The position numbers were made by a program, and so were the translations under genes. Shown piece after piece: positions 46,436-55,886 of a stretch of 64,000 bases of DNA. A model generated the notes under the pieces. It worked only from the letters and a program-made list of their open reading frames with translations, ran no database searches and was not told the DNA's origin. Position 1 is the first letter of the stretch; every line of letters begins with the position of its first letter. The DNA comes from Planctomycetota bacterium. Its GTDB lineage: Bacteria > Planctomycetota > MHYJ01 > JACQXL01. The stretch is from NCBI GenBank assembly GCA_016235865.1, contig JACRIK010000021.1, forward strand, positions 97,226 through 161,225. Reading direction: 5' to 3'.

Positions 46436-48460
46436 ATGAGTAAAAGGTTAGTTGCCATATTTGTTATCGGTATATTTTTGAGTTTTGGCATAATATCAAT
46501 GGATACTTACGGCTGGTGCCCGAATCCGCCCAAGATGGGTGGATACACTCCGCCGCCCAGGCCCAAGCCGCCTGACCCTGCGCCAGAGGCGCCTAAGGAA
46601 CAACCTAGGCCGCCCGAGGCGCCCAAGGAGGCGCCCAAGACACCCGAGTCACCCAAGGAACAGCCCAAACAGTCCGAGACACCCAAGGAGTCCGAGACGC
46701 CAAAGCAACCCGAGGCGCCCAAGGACCAGCCGGCAACCCCGCCGGTTCCGGCAACACCGGAAGCTCCTAAGGATACTACGCCACCACCGCCTCCTCCTCC
46801 GACCACGGATACGCCTTTTGACCCCAATAGTTCTGTCGGAGGCACAGGAGGCAAGAGGCCAACCAGCGGAGGCGCATCTGTTACCCGTCCGCCATTGGAT
46901 TTCGGACTGCAACCCCGCATTCAGGCAATGACCCAGGGCACCTCTAATCTCCTGGGATATGTTGAACCCTGGGAGGTCTGGTGGACCCGTAACCGGGCCA
47001 AGTACCTGAAATTCCGCCAGCCCATAGAATTTATCAGTAAAACAAACGACGGCTATGTTAACGTGGCCAAGGAATACGACGAGATTTTCAATCTCTTCAA
47101 CAAAGCGCTGCACGACAAGGACCTCTATGTCCGGGTGGCGGCCGCCCAGGGATTGAGCAAGATGGGCGATAACAAGGTCAATCCCATCCTTAAAAAGGCA
47201 TTTTACGATGAGAAGCAGTTGTACGTGGAGAATAACATTATTTTTGCCATGGGCCTGATGGGCGATGCGACAAACGCCATTGTCCTGAAAGAGATAGCGG
47301 TCAATAAGCAGGAGACCGAGATAAACCGCGCCTATGCCATCCTGGCTTTAGGGTATGTCAAGAACAATGAAGAGGTGATTAAGGTATTAAAGGAATTAGC
47401 CGGCCAGCCGGACAAGGATGAGGTGGTGGCCAGCGCGGCCCTGGCACTGGGCAATCTTAAAGAAGCGTCCGCCGTTCCGATCCTGGCCAAACTTATCCAG
47501 CGGGGCGTTCTTTACCAGGGTGAGAAAAGTGACCGCAAGGTTAGGACGTATGCGGCCTTGGGCCTTGGCCGCATCGGCACTAAAGAGGCCGTGAACGAGC
47601 TGAAGAAATCGTTGGACGATAAGGATAAGGATGTCCAGGAATGCGTGGCCATTGCCCTGGGCTCAACCAAATTGCCCGAGGCCCTGAATCCGTTGATTCA
47701 ACTGCTATCAGACCGCGATTTGTCGGTCCGGGGATTCGCCGCCATTTCTCTAAGCCAGATATTGGATAAGGCGGTGTATCCTTTGCTATCTGATGCTTAC
47801 CGGAATGCCAAAGACCCGCAGGTAGACGGTATGATTGTCCTGGCCATGGGCTTGAACGGCGATAAGCGGGCCATCCCTGAACTGCAGAAGATTCTCACCA
47901 CCAAGACCAAGCGGTCCCTGATTAAAGGTGCAGCGGCTATTGCCCTGGGGCTCTTGAAGGATACCTCATCCGTCCAGATTATCTCCGACCTGCTGGACAA
48001 GAGCAATGACCCGGTGCTGGCGGCTCACCTGACCCTGAGTTTGGGGATGATCGGCGATATTAAGGCCGTGGATGTCATCAAGAAGAAGTGGGCGGATGTC
48101 GGAAGCAAGACGACCAATATTGCCTATACCAATATGGCCGTGGCCCTAACGATGCTGGGCGCCAGGGATGAGCTGGTGCTGCCGATGATTCGCAAGCACT
48201 TTGATAAGAAAGAAATGACCGCCCTGCGCCAGCATGCGATTCATTCGGCCGGACTGATCGGCGGCAAGGATATTATCAGCGATGTGGCCAAATTATATGA
48301 TGACGAGACCAACCCGCAGGTGCGTAATTACATCGTCAGTTCGCTGGGTTTTGTGGTTGACGTCAATGAAACCCCGCTGCTTACCAAGGTTACCGCAGAC
48401 AATGACTACAATGTCTTTATGTGGATTATGGAACACCTTCTGCCGCTGCCGCTGTGGTAA
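46436..48460 (+). CDS. secreted HEAT-repeat (PBS-lyase-type) protein with Pro/Lys/Glu-rich N-terminal linker
   Basis: 674 aa; signal peptide; 'PEAPKEQPRPPEAPKEAPKTPESPKE' repeats; multiple 'VRxxAAxALGxxGD' HEAT-like repeats. Confidence 0.75.
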   Translation: MSKRLVAIFVIGIFLSFGIISMDTYGWCPNPPKMGGYTPPPRPKPPDPAPEAPKEQPRPPEAPKEAPKTPESPKEQPKQSETPKESETPKQPEAPKDQPATPPVPATPEAPKDTTPPPPPPPTTDTPFDPNSSVGGTGGKRPTSGGASVTRPPLDFGLQPRIQAMTQGTSNLLGYVEPWEVWWTRNRAKYLKFRQPIEFISKTNDGYVNVAKEYDEIFNLFNKALHDKDLYVRVAAAQGLSKMGDNKVNPILKKAFYDEKQLYVENNIIFAMGLMGDATNAIVLKEIAVNKQETEINRAYAILALGYVKNNEEVIKVLKELAGQPDKDEVVASAALALGNLKEASAVPILAKLIQRGVLYQGEKSDRKVRTYAALGLGRIGTKEAVNELKKSLDDKDKDVQECVAIALGSTKLPEALNPLIQLLSDRDLSVRGFAAISLSQILDKAVYPLLSDAYRNAKDPQVDGMIVLAMGLNGDKRAIPELQKILTTKTKRSLIKGAAAIALGLLKDTSSVQIISDLLDKSNDPVLAAHLTLSLGMIGDIKAVDVIKKKWADVGSKTTNIAYTNMAVALTMLGARDELVLPMIRKHFDKKEMTALRQHAIHSAGLIGGKDIISDVAKLYDDETNPQVRNYIVSSLGFVVDVNETPLLTKVTADNDYNVFMWIMEHLLPLPLW

Positions 48461-48483
48461 TAATTACGATAGGAGTGATCAAA

Positions 48484-48969
48484 ATGTGCCTCAAGTGCGG
48501 TTGTCAGGGGGTGGTTAACCTCAATCAGCGGGAATATCTTAAAATAATCTCTTTACATCCATTCAAGGACAAGGTCATCCATAATAGCGGATATGATTTT
48601 TATATTACGGTTTCGGAGCCGGCGCCTCAGGTGATTGACCTTATTTTCTATGTAGAGAATCCCTTTTTCAAGAGGCCGGTCCATTCAGTCAAGGAGATAT
48701 TATTGTATCCCGATGGTTCTTCAACACCGCAGCGGTTTACTTTAGATACGGATATCGCCGGTGTTTCGTCATTGAGATACCGCTATCAGGAACCATTTGA
48801 GGCGAAACTAAAGATAATAACCGTAGCGTCTGACCGGCAGAATCTTTCGGCAGAAACGACTGTTCAAATCGGCTCGCCCAAGCCGTCTTATTTTTTCCTT
48901 ATTACCTTTGTGATAACAATCCTGCTTGCTGTTGCTTTTGTCTCTCTGAAGAGAGGACGGCGTAGTTAA
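48484..48969 (+). CDS. hypothetical protein with C-terminal TM anchor
   Basis: ORF track gives 48421-48969; Met at 48484 avoids overlap with upstream gene; C-terminal hydrophobic 'YFFLITFVITILLAVAFV'. Confidence 0.4.
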   Translation: MCLKCGCQGVVNLNQREYLKIISLHPFKDKVIHNSGYDFYITVSEPAPQVIDLIFYVENPFFKRPVHSVKEILLYPDGSSTPQRFTLDTDIAGVSSLRYRYQEPFEAKLKIITVASDRQNLSAETTVQIGSPKPSYFFLITFVITILLAVAFVSLKRGRRS

Positions 48970-49008
48970 GCACATATATGATGCCTGTTGCCTGCCGCTT
49001 TCTGAAGT

Positions 49009-50307
49009 ATGAATATCCTTAAATACAGATTCATCCATCGGTTGCTGATAAACCCGGTGTTCATATCTATTATCCGCTTTCCATTTGTCGTTGCCTTTTT
49101 CCTGATAATCTTCAGTGGATTATTCGGCAGTATCTATAGGAATTCCGTTAATCTTATGGTCGGTGTCATCTGGCTGGTCTTTATTTCGTTCACCGCTATT
49201 ATTGGAGGCAAAATCTGGTGTCTGGTCTGCCCCTGGAATACCCTGGCCGAATGGATGCAGTATATCCTACGCCTGCCTGATGCCAAATTCCAGGTTCCAA
49301 GGATATTTCGTAATCTCTGGATCGCCGTCTTTTTCTTCCTGTTAATTATTTGGCTGGAATATGCAATAGGGCTGGCTAACAATGCGCGGTTTATTGCTTA
49401 TCTGGCAATAATTATTTTTGGTATAACATTTATCTCGGTGTTATTATTTCCCAGAAAGTCATTCTGTCGTTATGGCTGTCCGGTCGGCGCCATCTGTGGG
49501 TTATACGGGCTTTTTGCGCCGCTCGAACTGCGCAGCGCTGATAAGGAGACCTGCCGGCAATGCCTGACCAAGGATTGTATTAAGGGCAATGATAAGGGAA
49601 ATGCCTGTCCTGTCTTTGAGTATCCCGGCACGATGGACGATAATCTGTATTGTATCCTCTGCACCGAATGCATCAAAACCTGCCCGAATGACAACATTGC
49701 CGTTAATATCAGGAAGCCCGTCGCAGACCTCTTAAAATTCAGGGTGTTATCATTCAGCGAGATATTTATGATTGTGACCATGCTGGCCTTATCCATATTC
49801 GGCGCAATGAATATAAGCCGCATTTATTTCCTGATAATAGATTGGTCGTTGGCAAAATTGGCATTACCCGAAATAGTTTCTTTATTATTCTTGATACTGA
49901 TACTGGTTCTTATTATTTTATTCCTCTTTTATGCCTTATCGCGTATTTATCGCACAAATCTATCTGTCGTTACCTATACATTTTTGCCAATCGCATTGTT
50001 TAACCATCTGGCAAATACCGTAAAACTGTTCTCTATCAGGGCCGAGGAGGTAATTCCGCTTATCTCAGATCCGCTGGGTTTATCCTGGAATCTCTTTGGC
50101 AGCGCCGGGTACCTGCCCAAACCGCTTTTTGATGCCGGGACTCTTCAGTACATAGCCGGGCCGGTGATGATTATCGGGCTGTTATATTCCATATATCTGG
50201 CATATCGGCTGGTTAGGATGCAATCTAAATCAAAGGCGGCGCTTGTTTTATTGTTAATGCCGATGGCCCTGTTGGTTTGGTTCAACTGGTGGCTGATACC
50301 GCAATAA
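49009..50307 (+). CDS. polytopic membrane 4Fe-4S ferredoxin-type protein (NapH/MauN-like polyferredoxin)
   Basis: 432 aa; multiple TMs; 'CLVCPWN', 'CRYGCPVGAICG', 'CRQCLTKDC...CPVF', 'CILCTECIKTCP'. Confidence 0.65.
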   Translation: MNILKYRFIHRLLINPVFISIIRFPFVVAFFLIIFSGLFGSIYRNSVNLMVGVIWLVFISFTAIIGGKIWCLVCPWNTLAEWMQYILRLPDAKFQVPRIFRNLWIAVFFFLLIIWLEYAIGLANNARFIAYLAIIIFGITFISVLLFPRKSFCRYGCPVGAICGLYGLFAPLELRSADKETCRQCLTKDCIKGNDKGNACPVFEYPGTMDDNLYCILCTECIKTCPNDNIAVNIRKPVADLLKFRVLSFSEIFMIVTMLALSIFGAMNISRIYFLIIDWSLAKLALPEIVSLLFLILILVLIILFLFYALSRIYRTNLSVVTYTFLPIALFNHLANTVKLFSIRAEEVIPLISDPLGLSWNLFGSAGYLPKPLFDAGTLQYIAGPVMIIGLLYSIYLAYRLVRMQSKSKAALVLLLMPMALLVWFNWWLIPQ

Positions 50308-50311
50308 AATC

Positions 50312-51376
50312 TTGCTAAAACAAATCTATCTTGATAAAATAGCAGATATGAGAAGATATAATATCGCCATTGTCGGTGCCACGGGTATTGTCGGGCTGGA
50401 GTTGCTTAAGATACTGGTGGAACGCAGATTCCCGGTAAGAGAATTGCGCCTGTTTGCTTCTGCCGGATCGGCTGGGAAAAGTATGAGGTATAAAGGTAAA
50501 GGGTTGAAAGTAAACAATATAACCAATAACTCATTTGAGGGCATAGATATCGCCTTCTTTGCTGTTGATGGTTCAATCAGTAAAAAATGGGCGCCGGTGG
50601 CGGTGAAAAGCGGGGCGGTGGTGATTGATAAGTCCAGCGCCTTCAGGATGGGCAAGAATGTGCCGCTGGTTATTCCGGAAATTAATGCCGATGCTATTAA
50701 CACAAACTCCCCTTTAGTAAGAGGGGGTAGGGGGTGTGTTATCGCCAGCCCTAATTGCTCGACCACGCCTCTGGCCATGGCCTTAAAGCCGCTCAATGAT
50801 TACGCTAAGGTGAAACGGGTGGTCGTGTCCACATATCAATCAGTCTCCGGCGCCGGTCTGCAGGCAGTGCAAGCGTTGACCGAACAAACAAAGCAAGTAT
50901 TAAATCTGAAATCTAAAATCTTAAATCTTAAATCTCAAAGATACGCCTTCAACGCCATCCCGCAGATTGATTCGTTCTGCGAGGACGATTATACCGGTGA
51001 AGAAGTCAAGATGATTAACGAGACCCGCAAGATACTCAATGATTATTCCATAAAGATAACCGCCACATGTGTGAGGATTCCGGTCTATTGCGGGCATAGC
51101 GAATCAGTCAATATCGAAACAGCCAGACCCATAACTGTTGCCCAGGCTAGGAATCTGTTAAGCAGGGCAAAGGGTATTAAGGTAATGGACAATCCTTTAA
51201 AGGGTAGTTATCCTATGCCGATTGATGTTGCAGGTAAGGACGAAGTATTCGTGGGCCGGATTCGCAAAGACCGGTCCGTCAGGAACGGAATCAACCTTTG
51301 GCTGGTTTCTGACAACCTTCGCAAAGGCGCGGCCTTGAATGCGGTGCAAATAGCGGAATATCTGATAAAAACATGA
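50312..51376 (+). CDS. asd: aspartate-semialdehyde dehydrogenase
   Basis: 354 aa; 'IAIVGATGIVG', active-site 'NCSTT'; contains two short in-frame repeat insertions. Confidence 0.85.
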   Translation: MLKQIYLDKIADMRRYNIAIVGATGIVGLELLKILVERRFPVRELRLFASAGSAGKSMRYKGKGLKVNNITNNSFEGIDIAFFAVDGSISKKWAPVAVKSGAVVIDKSSAFRMGKNVPLVIPEINADAINTNSPLVRGGRGCVIASPNCSTTPLAMALKPLNDYAKVKRVVVSTYQSVSGAGLQAVQALTEQTKQVLNLKSKILNLKSQRYAFNAIPQIDSFCEDDYTGEEVKMINETRKILNDYSIKITATCVRIPVYCGHSESVNIETARPITVAQARNLLSRAKGIKVMDNPLKGSYPMPIDVAGKDEVFVGRIRKDRSVRNGINLWLVSDNLRKGAALNAVQIAEYLIKT

Positions 51377-51415
51377 GTTATGAATTAATAATTGATAACT
51401 TATAATTCATAATTT

Positions 51416-53227
51416 ATGGTTCTCTATGATGTTGTTGTAGTCGGTGCCGGACATGCCGGAATAGAAGCCGCTCTGGTCTCTGCCCGAATGGGCTGTCAGA
51501 CCCTTCTCCTGACTATATCCTTTGACACCATTGCTCAGATGTCCTGCAATCCGGCTATCGGTGGATTAGCCAAAGGGCAATTGGTCCGTGAGATTGATGC
51601 CCTGGGCGGCGAGATGGCTAAGGCCACGGATGCCACCGGCATCCAATTCCGTATGCTCAATACCGGCAAGGGTCCGGCCGTTCAATCACTCCGCGCCCAG
51701 TGCGATAAGAAACAATATCACCTTTACATGAAGAAAGTTTTGAAGAATCAGGATAATCTCATCCTGCAAGAGGATATGGTTAACGAGATTATGGCCAAAG
51801 GCAATTGCGCAGTCGGCGTAAAGGGTAAAAAGGAGTCATACTACGGAAAAGCTGTGATTATTACCACCGGTACCTTTATGAAAGGGCTGATTCATATCGG
51901 TGAAGACAAGACCAAGGGCGGGAGAATCAATGAGCCGTCAGCCGAAAACATTTCGGATAGTCTGGTTAAGCTTGGCTTGGAATTAGGCCGCTTGAAGACC
52001 GGCACGCCGCCCCGGCTGGATACCAAAAGTATAGATTACCCCGGGCTGATAGAGCAGCCCGGCGATGAGATGCCGAAACCATTTTCATTCTCTACTGAAA
52101 AGATTATTCAGAAACAGATTCCTTGTTACATCACGCATACAAATAATAAGACGCACGAGATAATTCGCAAGAATCTTGATCGGGCGCCGCTTTATACCGG
52201 TCAGATTAAGGCCATCGGCCCGCGGTATTGTCCTTCCATTGAAGATAAGATAGTCAGATTCGCCGGCCGGGAACAGCATCAGGTTTTCCTGGAGCCGGAA
52301 GGCCGCAAGATTCCTGAGGTCTACTGCAACGGAATTTCCACCAGTTTGCCCAAGGATGTCCAGGAAGAAATGGTGCATTCTATCGAGGGGCTGGAGGATG
52401 CTGAATTTATCCGTTATGGTTATGCCATAGAATATGATGTGGTCCTGCCGCACCAGATAAAGCCGACATTGGAAACCAAGAAAGTGGAGAACCTTTTTGT
52501 AGCCGGTCAGATAAATGGCACATCCGGTTATGAGGAAGCCGGGGCCCAGGGGTTGATGGCCGGCATCAATGCGGTACTGAAGATAAGAAATGACCCGTCA
52601 TTTATTCTCGGGCGGGATGAAGCATATATCGGGGTTTTGATAGATGATTTAGTCACGCTCGGGCCGACCGAACCGTATCGGATGTTTACCTCGCGGGCCG
52701 AATATCGCCTGCTTCTGCGTTCTGATAACGCCGACCGGCGCCTGATGCCTTATGCGAATAAATTGGGATTGCTTGATAGGGCGCTGAAAAAGAGATTAGA
52801 TAATAAGGAACGCTTGATAAGAGATACGCTCAACGTATTAAGTCGGACGTTCAAGGGAACTAAGAATTTGAAGACGCTGCTCAAACAGCCGGAGATTACG
52901 CTGAAGGAATTAGAACATAAGTCAGCACCTTTGCGTAAGCTTAAACTGACCGACGATATCCGGGAACAGGTGGAGATTGAGGCTAAATATGAAGGGTATA
53001 TCCAGCGCCAATTGCGCCAGATTGAAAAGGCCAGAAAGATGGAGGATTATCCGTTGCCGCCTGGTTTTGATTACGGCAAGATAGGGCATCTCAGCAAGGA
53101 AGCCCGGACCCAACTCAATAAATTCAAGCCGGCTTCATTAGGCCAGGCATCGCGTATTGCCGGCGTCTCTCCGGCAGATATCACAGTTCTGATGGTATAT
53201 TTTCTATATGGCAGGAGAGCGCCATAA
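51416..53227 (+). CDS. mnmG: tRNA uridine-5-carboxymethylaminomethyl synthesis enzyme MnmG
   Basis: 603 aa; FAD-binding 'YDVVVVGAGHAGIEAA', GidA family. Confidence 0.9.
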   Translation: MVLYDVVVVGAGHAGIEAALVSARMGCQTLLLTISFDTIAQMSCNPAIGGLAKGQLVREIDALGGEMAKATDATGIQFRMLNTGKGPAVQSLRAQCDKKQYHLYMKKVLKNQDNLILQEDMVNEIMAKGNCAVGVKGKKESYYGKAVIITTGTFMKGLIHIGEDKTKGGRINEPSAENISDSLVKLGLELGRLKTGTPPRLDTKSIDYPGLIEQPGDEMPKPFSFSTEKIIQKQIPCYITHTNNKTHEIIRKNLDRAPLYTGQIKAIGPRYCPSIEDKIVRFAGREQHQVFLEPEGRKIPEVYCNGISTSLPKDVQEEMVHSIEGLEDAEFIRYGYAIEYDVVLPHQIKPTLETKKVENLFVAGQINGTSGYEEAGAQGLMAGINAVLKIRNDPSFILGRDEAYIGVLIDDLVTLGPTEPYRMFTSRAEYRLLLRSDNADRRLMPYANKLGLLDRALKKRLDNKERLIRDTLNVLSRTFKGTKNLKTLLKQPEITLKELEHKSAPLRKLKLTDDIREQVEIEAKYEGYIQRQLRQIEKARKMEDYPLPPGFDYGKIGHLSKEARTQLNKFKPASLGQASRIAGVSPADITVLMVYFLYGRRAP

Positions 53228-53279
53228 TGGCGCCATGGCGCTTCGGCACCAAAAGACAATCTGGTTTCCAAGCAATAGG

Positions 53280-54449
53280 TTATCCGACTATCTTATGGCT
53301 GTCCGACAGGAATATGCCTTTTATCAGCATCTTCAGTTGTTCGGGATTAGGAGAATATTTTAATCCGGTTTCCTCCCTGATTAACCCATCCTTGATTAGT
53401 TGATGGAGTGATTGGTTGAAATCCTGCATTCCTTCTTCTTCGCTGGAGCGCATTATGTCGGTGATTTTCTTGTCTTCCTTGTTCTGAATCAGTTTCTGGA
53501 TGGAAGGATTATTCAGCAGCACCTCCACAGCCGGAACCAGGCGGGCCTCTTTCTTGGCGCCGGGCAGCAGCCGCTGGCAGAATATGGCCCTGAGATTCAT
53601 CATCAAACTTTGGCGAATCAACTCCTGCCGTTCGGTCGGGAACAGGTCCAGGATGCGCGAGACGCTCTGGGCGGCCGTCGAGGCGTGCAGCGTGCCCAAT
53701 ACCAGATGCCCGGTCTCAGCCGCCATCAGGCCGGCTTCCAGGCTTTCCGAATCGCGCATCTCGCCCATCAGGATGACATCTGGATTCTGGCGCACGATAT
53801 ACCTCAGCGCATCGTGGAATGAAGCCACGTCAATGCCGACCTCGCGTTGGTTGACAAATGATTTGATATCCGTAAAGAGATATTCTATCGGGTCTTCCAC
53901 GGTAATAATATGGCATTTGCGGTTTTCGTTGATGTATTGCAGCATCGAGGCCAGGGTGGTGGATTTCCCCGATGAGGTCGGGCCTGAAACAATAACCAAT
54001 CCTTCCTTATAAGAAACCACCTTCTGAACAGCCGTCGGCAGGTTCAGCTCTTTGAAATTCGGTATCTGGGTGTTGACCCGCCGGGCGGCCAGGGCAATAT
54101 TGCCGCGTTCCTTGAAGACGTTGACCCGGAACCGGCCCGTGCTTTCAACGCTATAGGCAAAGTCAAGGTTGTTGTGTGCCTCAAAATGCGTCCGCTGTTC
54201 ATCGGTCAGTATTTCGTAAACTATCTTCTTGATATCTTCATTGCTCAGGGCGCGGCTGCCGACTTCATAAAGGACCGTGGAAATCCGGAATACCGGTTTC
54301 ATGTCGGCCTTGAGATGCAGGTCAGAACCCTTGTTTTTGGCTAATCCCACAAATAGTTTTTCCATATCCTTTAGGTTCGCCGGAGCCGAAATATCTGGTT
54401 GAACTGTCTGGGATTGGGAAGCCGGATGTTCTTTCTTGGATTCTGTCAT
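53280..54449 (-). CDS. PilT/PilU-family type IV pilus retraction ATPase (second paralog)
   Basis: 389 aa; Walker A 'GPTSSGKSTT'; N-terminal extension. Confidence 0.8.
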   Translation of the reverse strand: MTESKKEHPASQSQTVQPDISAPANLKDMEKLFVGLAKNKGSDLHLKADMKPVFRISTVLYEVGSRALSNEDIKKIVYEILTDEQRTHFEAHNNLDFAYSVESTGRFRVNVFKERGNIALAARRVNTQIPNFKELNLPTAVQKVVSYKEGLVIVSGPTSSGKSTTLASMLQYINENRKCHIITVEDPIEYLFTDIKSFVNQREVGIDVASFHDALRYIVRQNPDVILMGEMRDSESLEAGLMAAETGHLVLGTLHASTAAQSVSRILDLFPTERQELIRQSLMMNLRAIFCQRLLPGAKKEARLVPAVEVLLNNPSIQKLIQNKEDKKITDIMRSSEEEGMQDFNQSLHQLIKDGLIREETGLKYSPNPEQLKMLIKGIFLSDSHKIVG

Positions 54450-54460
54450 AAGGTTTCACC

Positions 54461-55873
54461 TCATTTCCATTCGATAACAGGTGGAATATCCTGAACGCTA
54501 AGCCAGGTTTTATTCGCAAGCGTTAGGGTGGTTCGTGTGTTATCAGGAAGAGTATAGGTAATTGTTTTTTTGCCATTTATGACTTCTTGTACCTGCGCAT
54601 CCGGGTATAATTTATTCAGAACCTTTTGATACGCATTAAACGATTCGTAGGCATCGTTATCTGAATCCCATATGGTCGAGAGGAATAAAACAATATCCTT
54701 GGTTTTATTGTTTTGGAGCAGGAAATATTTATCGCCATCCCAGCCCTCCGATGCCTCGCCGGCTTTTCCTTTGGCATAACTGCTGAATAGAATCCAAAAG
54801 CCGAATTCCCCCATGGTGTTTTCGGCCAGTATGGTCCATTCATCGCCAGCCTGGGGCGGTGTAATCGATTCAGGGGTATCGCGCGGTTCGGCCAATTTTT
54901 TGGTATGAATCATCTGTTCGGTTGATATAGGCGGATTCTTATATGTCCCGCTAACCAGCTGCCAGTTTTTTTGCTTCTCATCAATGGTCACCATGGTATG
55001 AATGGAGTAGGCGCCGTGGTAATAAGGCGCTATCAGCAGCCAGAAAAGATAATCCGGCACATCCTTGAGGGCTATTATGGATTCATATAAGTCAGGCGCT
55101 GTTTCTTTATACTGTTCAGCCATTGATGTTGATAACTCCAGTAAATCTTTGCGCCCCAGATTTTTGTAGCGGCTGAAAGCCATTTCCATCATCGGGCTGT
55201 CCGGCGCAAAGGTGATGCCCATTTTCTCTAACTGGGCAATGGTCATGACATAAGTGGCTTCTCCTTCTACCAGATATCTGATAGCGGTTTCCTGGTCGCT
55301 ATTATTCGCTGTTTTGATCAGTTTTCCCAGGTCATAATACTGGTCCTGGAGGGCGTGAGTCAGTTCGTGGATAACCATGGTTTCCATTTCCATCTGCGGC
55401 ATATTGATTTTTATGAAATACATACACTTGGTTTCGGGGTCATAATAAGCTCCGGCCTGGCTGACCAGCAGGTTTTCCAGTCCTTTTTTCATGTCATAAT
55501 TCTTGGGTAACAATCCCAGTTTAGATAATGCCAGCTGGTTCCATCTGCTTTCCTCATCAAATGATTTATCCAGGTCTTTTTTCACGAAAGTCCTAAATTC
55601 CTCAACGGATTGTACCGCTCCTTTGACATCAGACTTAAACTTCTTGCCGCTGATTCTTTCCACGATTTCCTGGCAGGATTTCAGGTTGACCGGGATTCCC
55701 GGCGTAGCAGCGGCGGAGTCCGCCGGCGCGGTCACTGCGGTTGTTCCCCGAAGGCTTTCGGGGGGCGCAGCGGCTGATTTGTCATCCGGTTTATTACTGC
55801 CGCCAGCGCAGCTAATAGAGGCGATAGAAATTAGTGTCAATGCTAATACTAAGGCAATATGTTTTTTATGCAT
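54461..55873 (-). CDS. putative lipoprotein zinc metallopeptidase (HExxH)
   Basis: 470 aa; lipoprotein signal 'LISIASISCAG'; 'MVIHELTHALQDQ' HExxH motif. Confidence 0.5.
   Translation of the reverse strand: MHKKHIALVLALTLISIASISCAGGSNKPDDKSAAAPPESLRGTTAVTAPADSAAATPGIPVNLKSCQEIVERISGKKFKSDVKGAVQSVEEFRTFVKKDLDKSFDEESRWNQLALSKLGLLPKNYDMKKGLENLLVSQAGAYYDPETKCMYFIKINMPQMEMETMVIHELTHALQDQYYDLGKLIKTANNSDQETAIRYLVEGEATYVMTIAQLEKMGITFAPDSPMMEMAFSRYKNLGRKDLLELSTSMAEQYKETAPDLYESIIALKDVPDYLFWLLIAPYYHGAYSIHTMVTIDEKQKNWQLVSGTYKNPPISTEQMIHTKKLAEPRDTPESITPPQAGDEWTILAENTMGEFGFWILFSSYAKGKAGEASEGWDGDKYFLLQNNKTKDIVLFLSTIWDSDNDAYESFNAYQKVLNKLYPDAQVQEVINGKKTITYTLPDNTRTTLTLANKTWLSVQDIPPVIEWK
55709..55765. repeat. 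repeat family B module Y inside lipoprotein peptidase gene, plus poly-C/G hairpin
   Basis: gcggcggagtccgccggcgcggtcactgcggttgttccccgaaggctttcgggggg. Confidence 0.85.
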
Positions 55874-55886
55874 TATGTTGTTGTCT

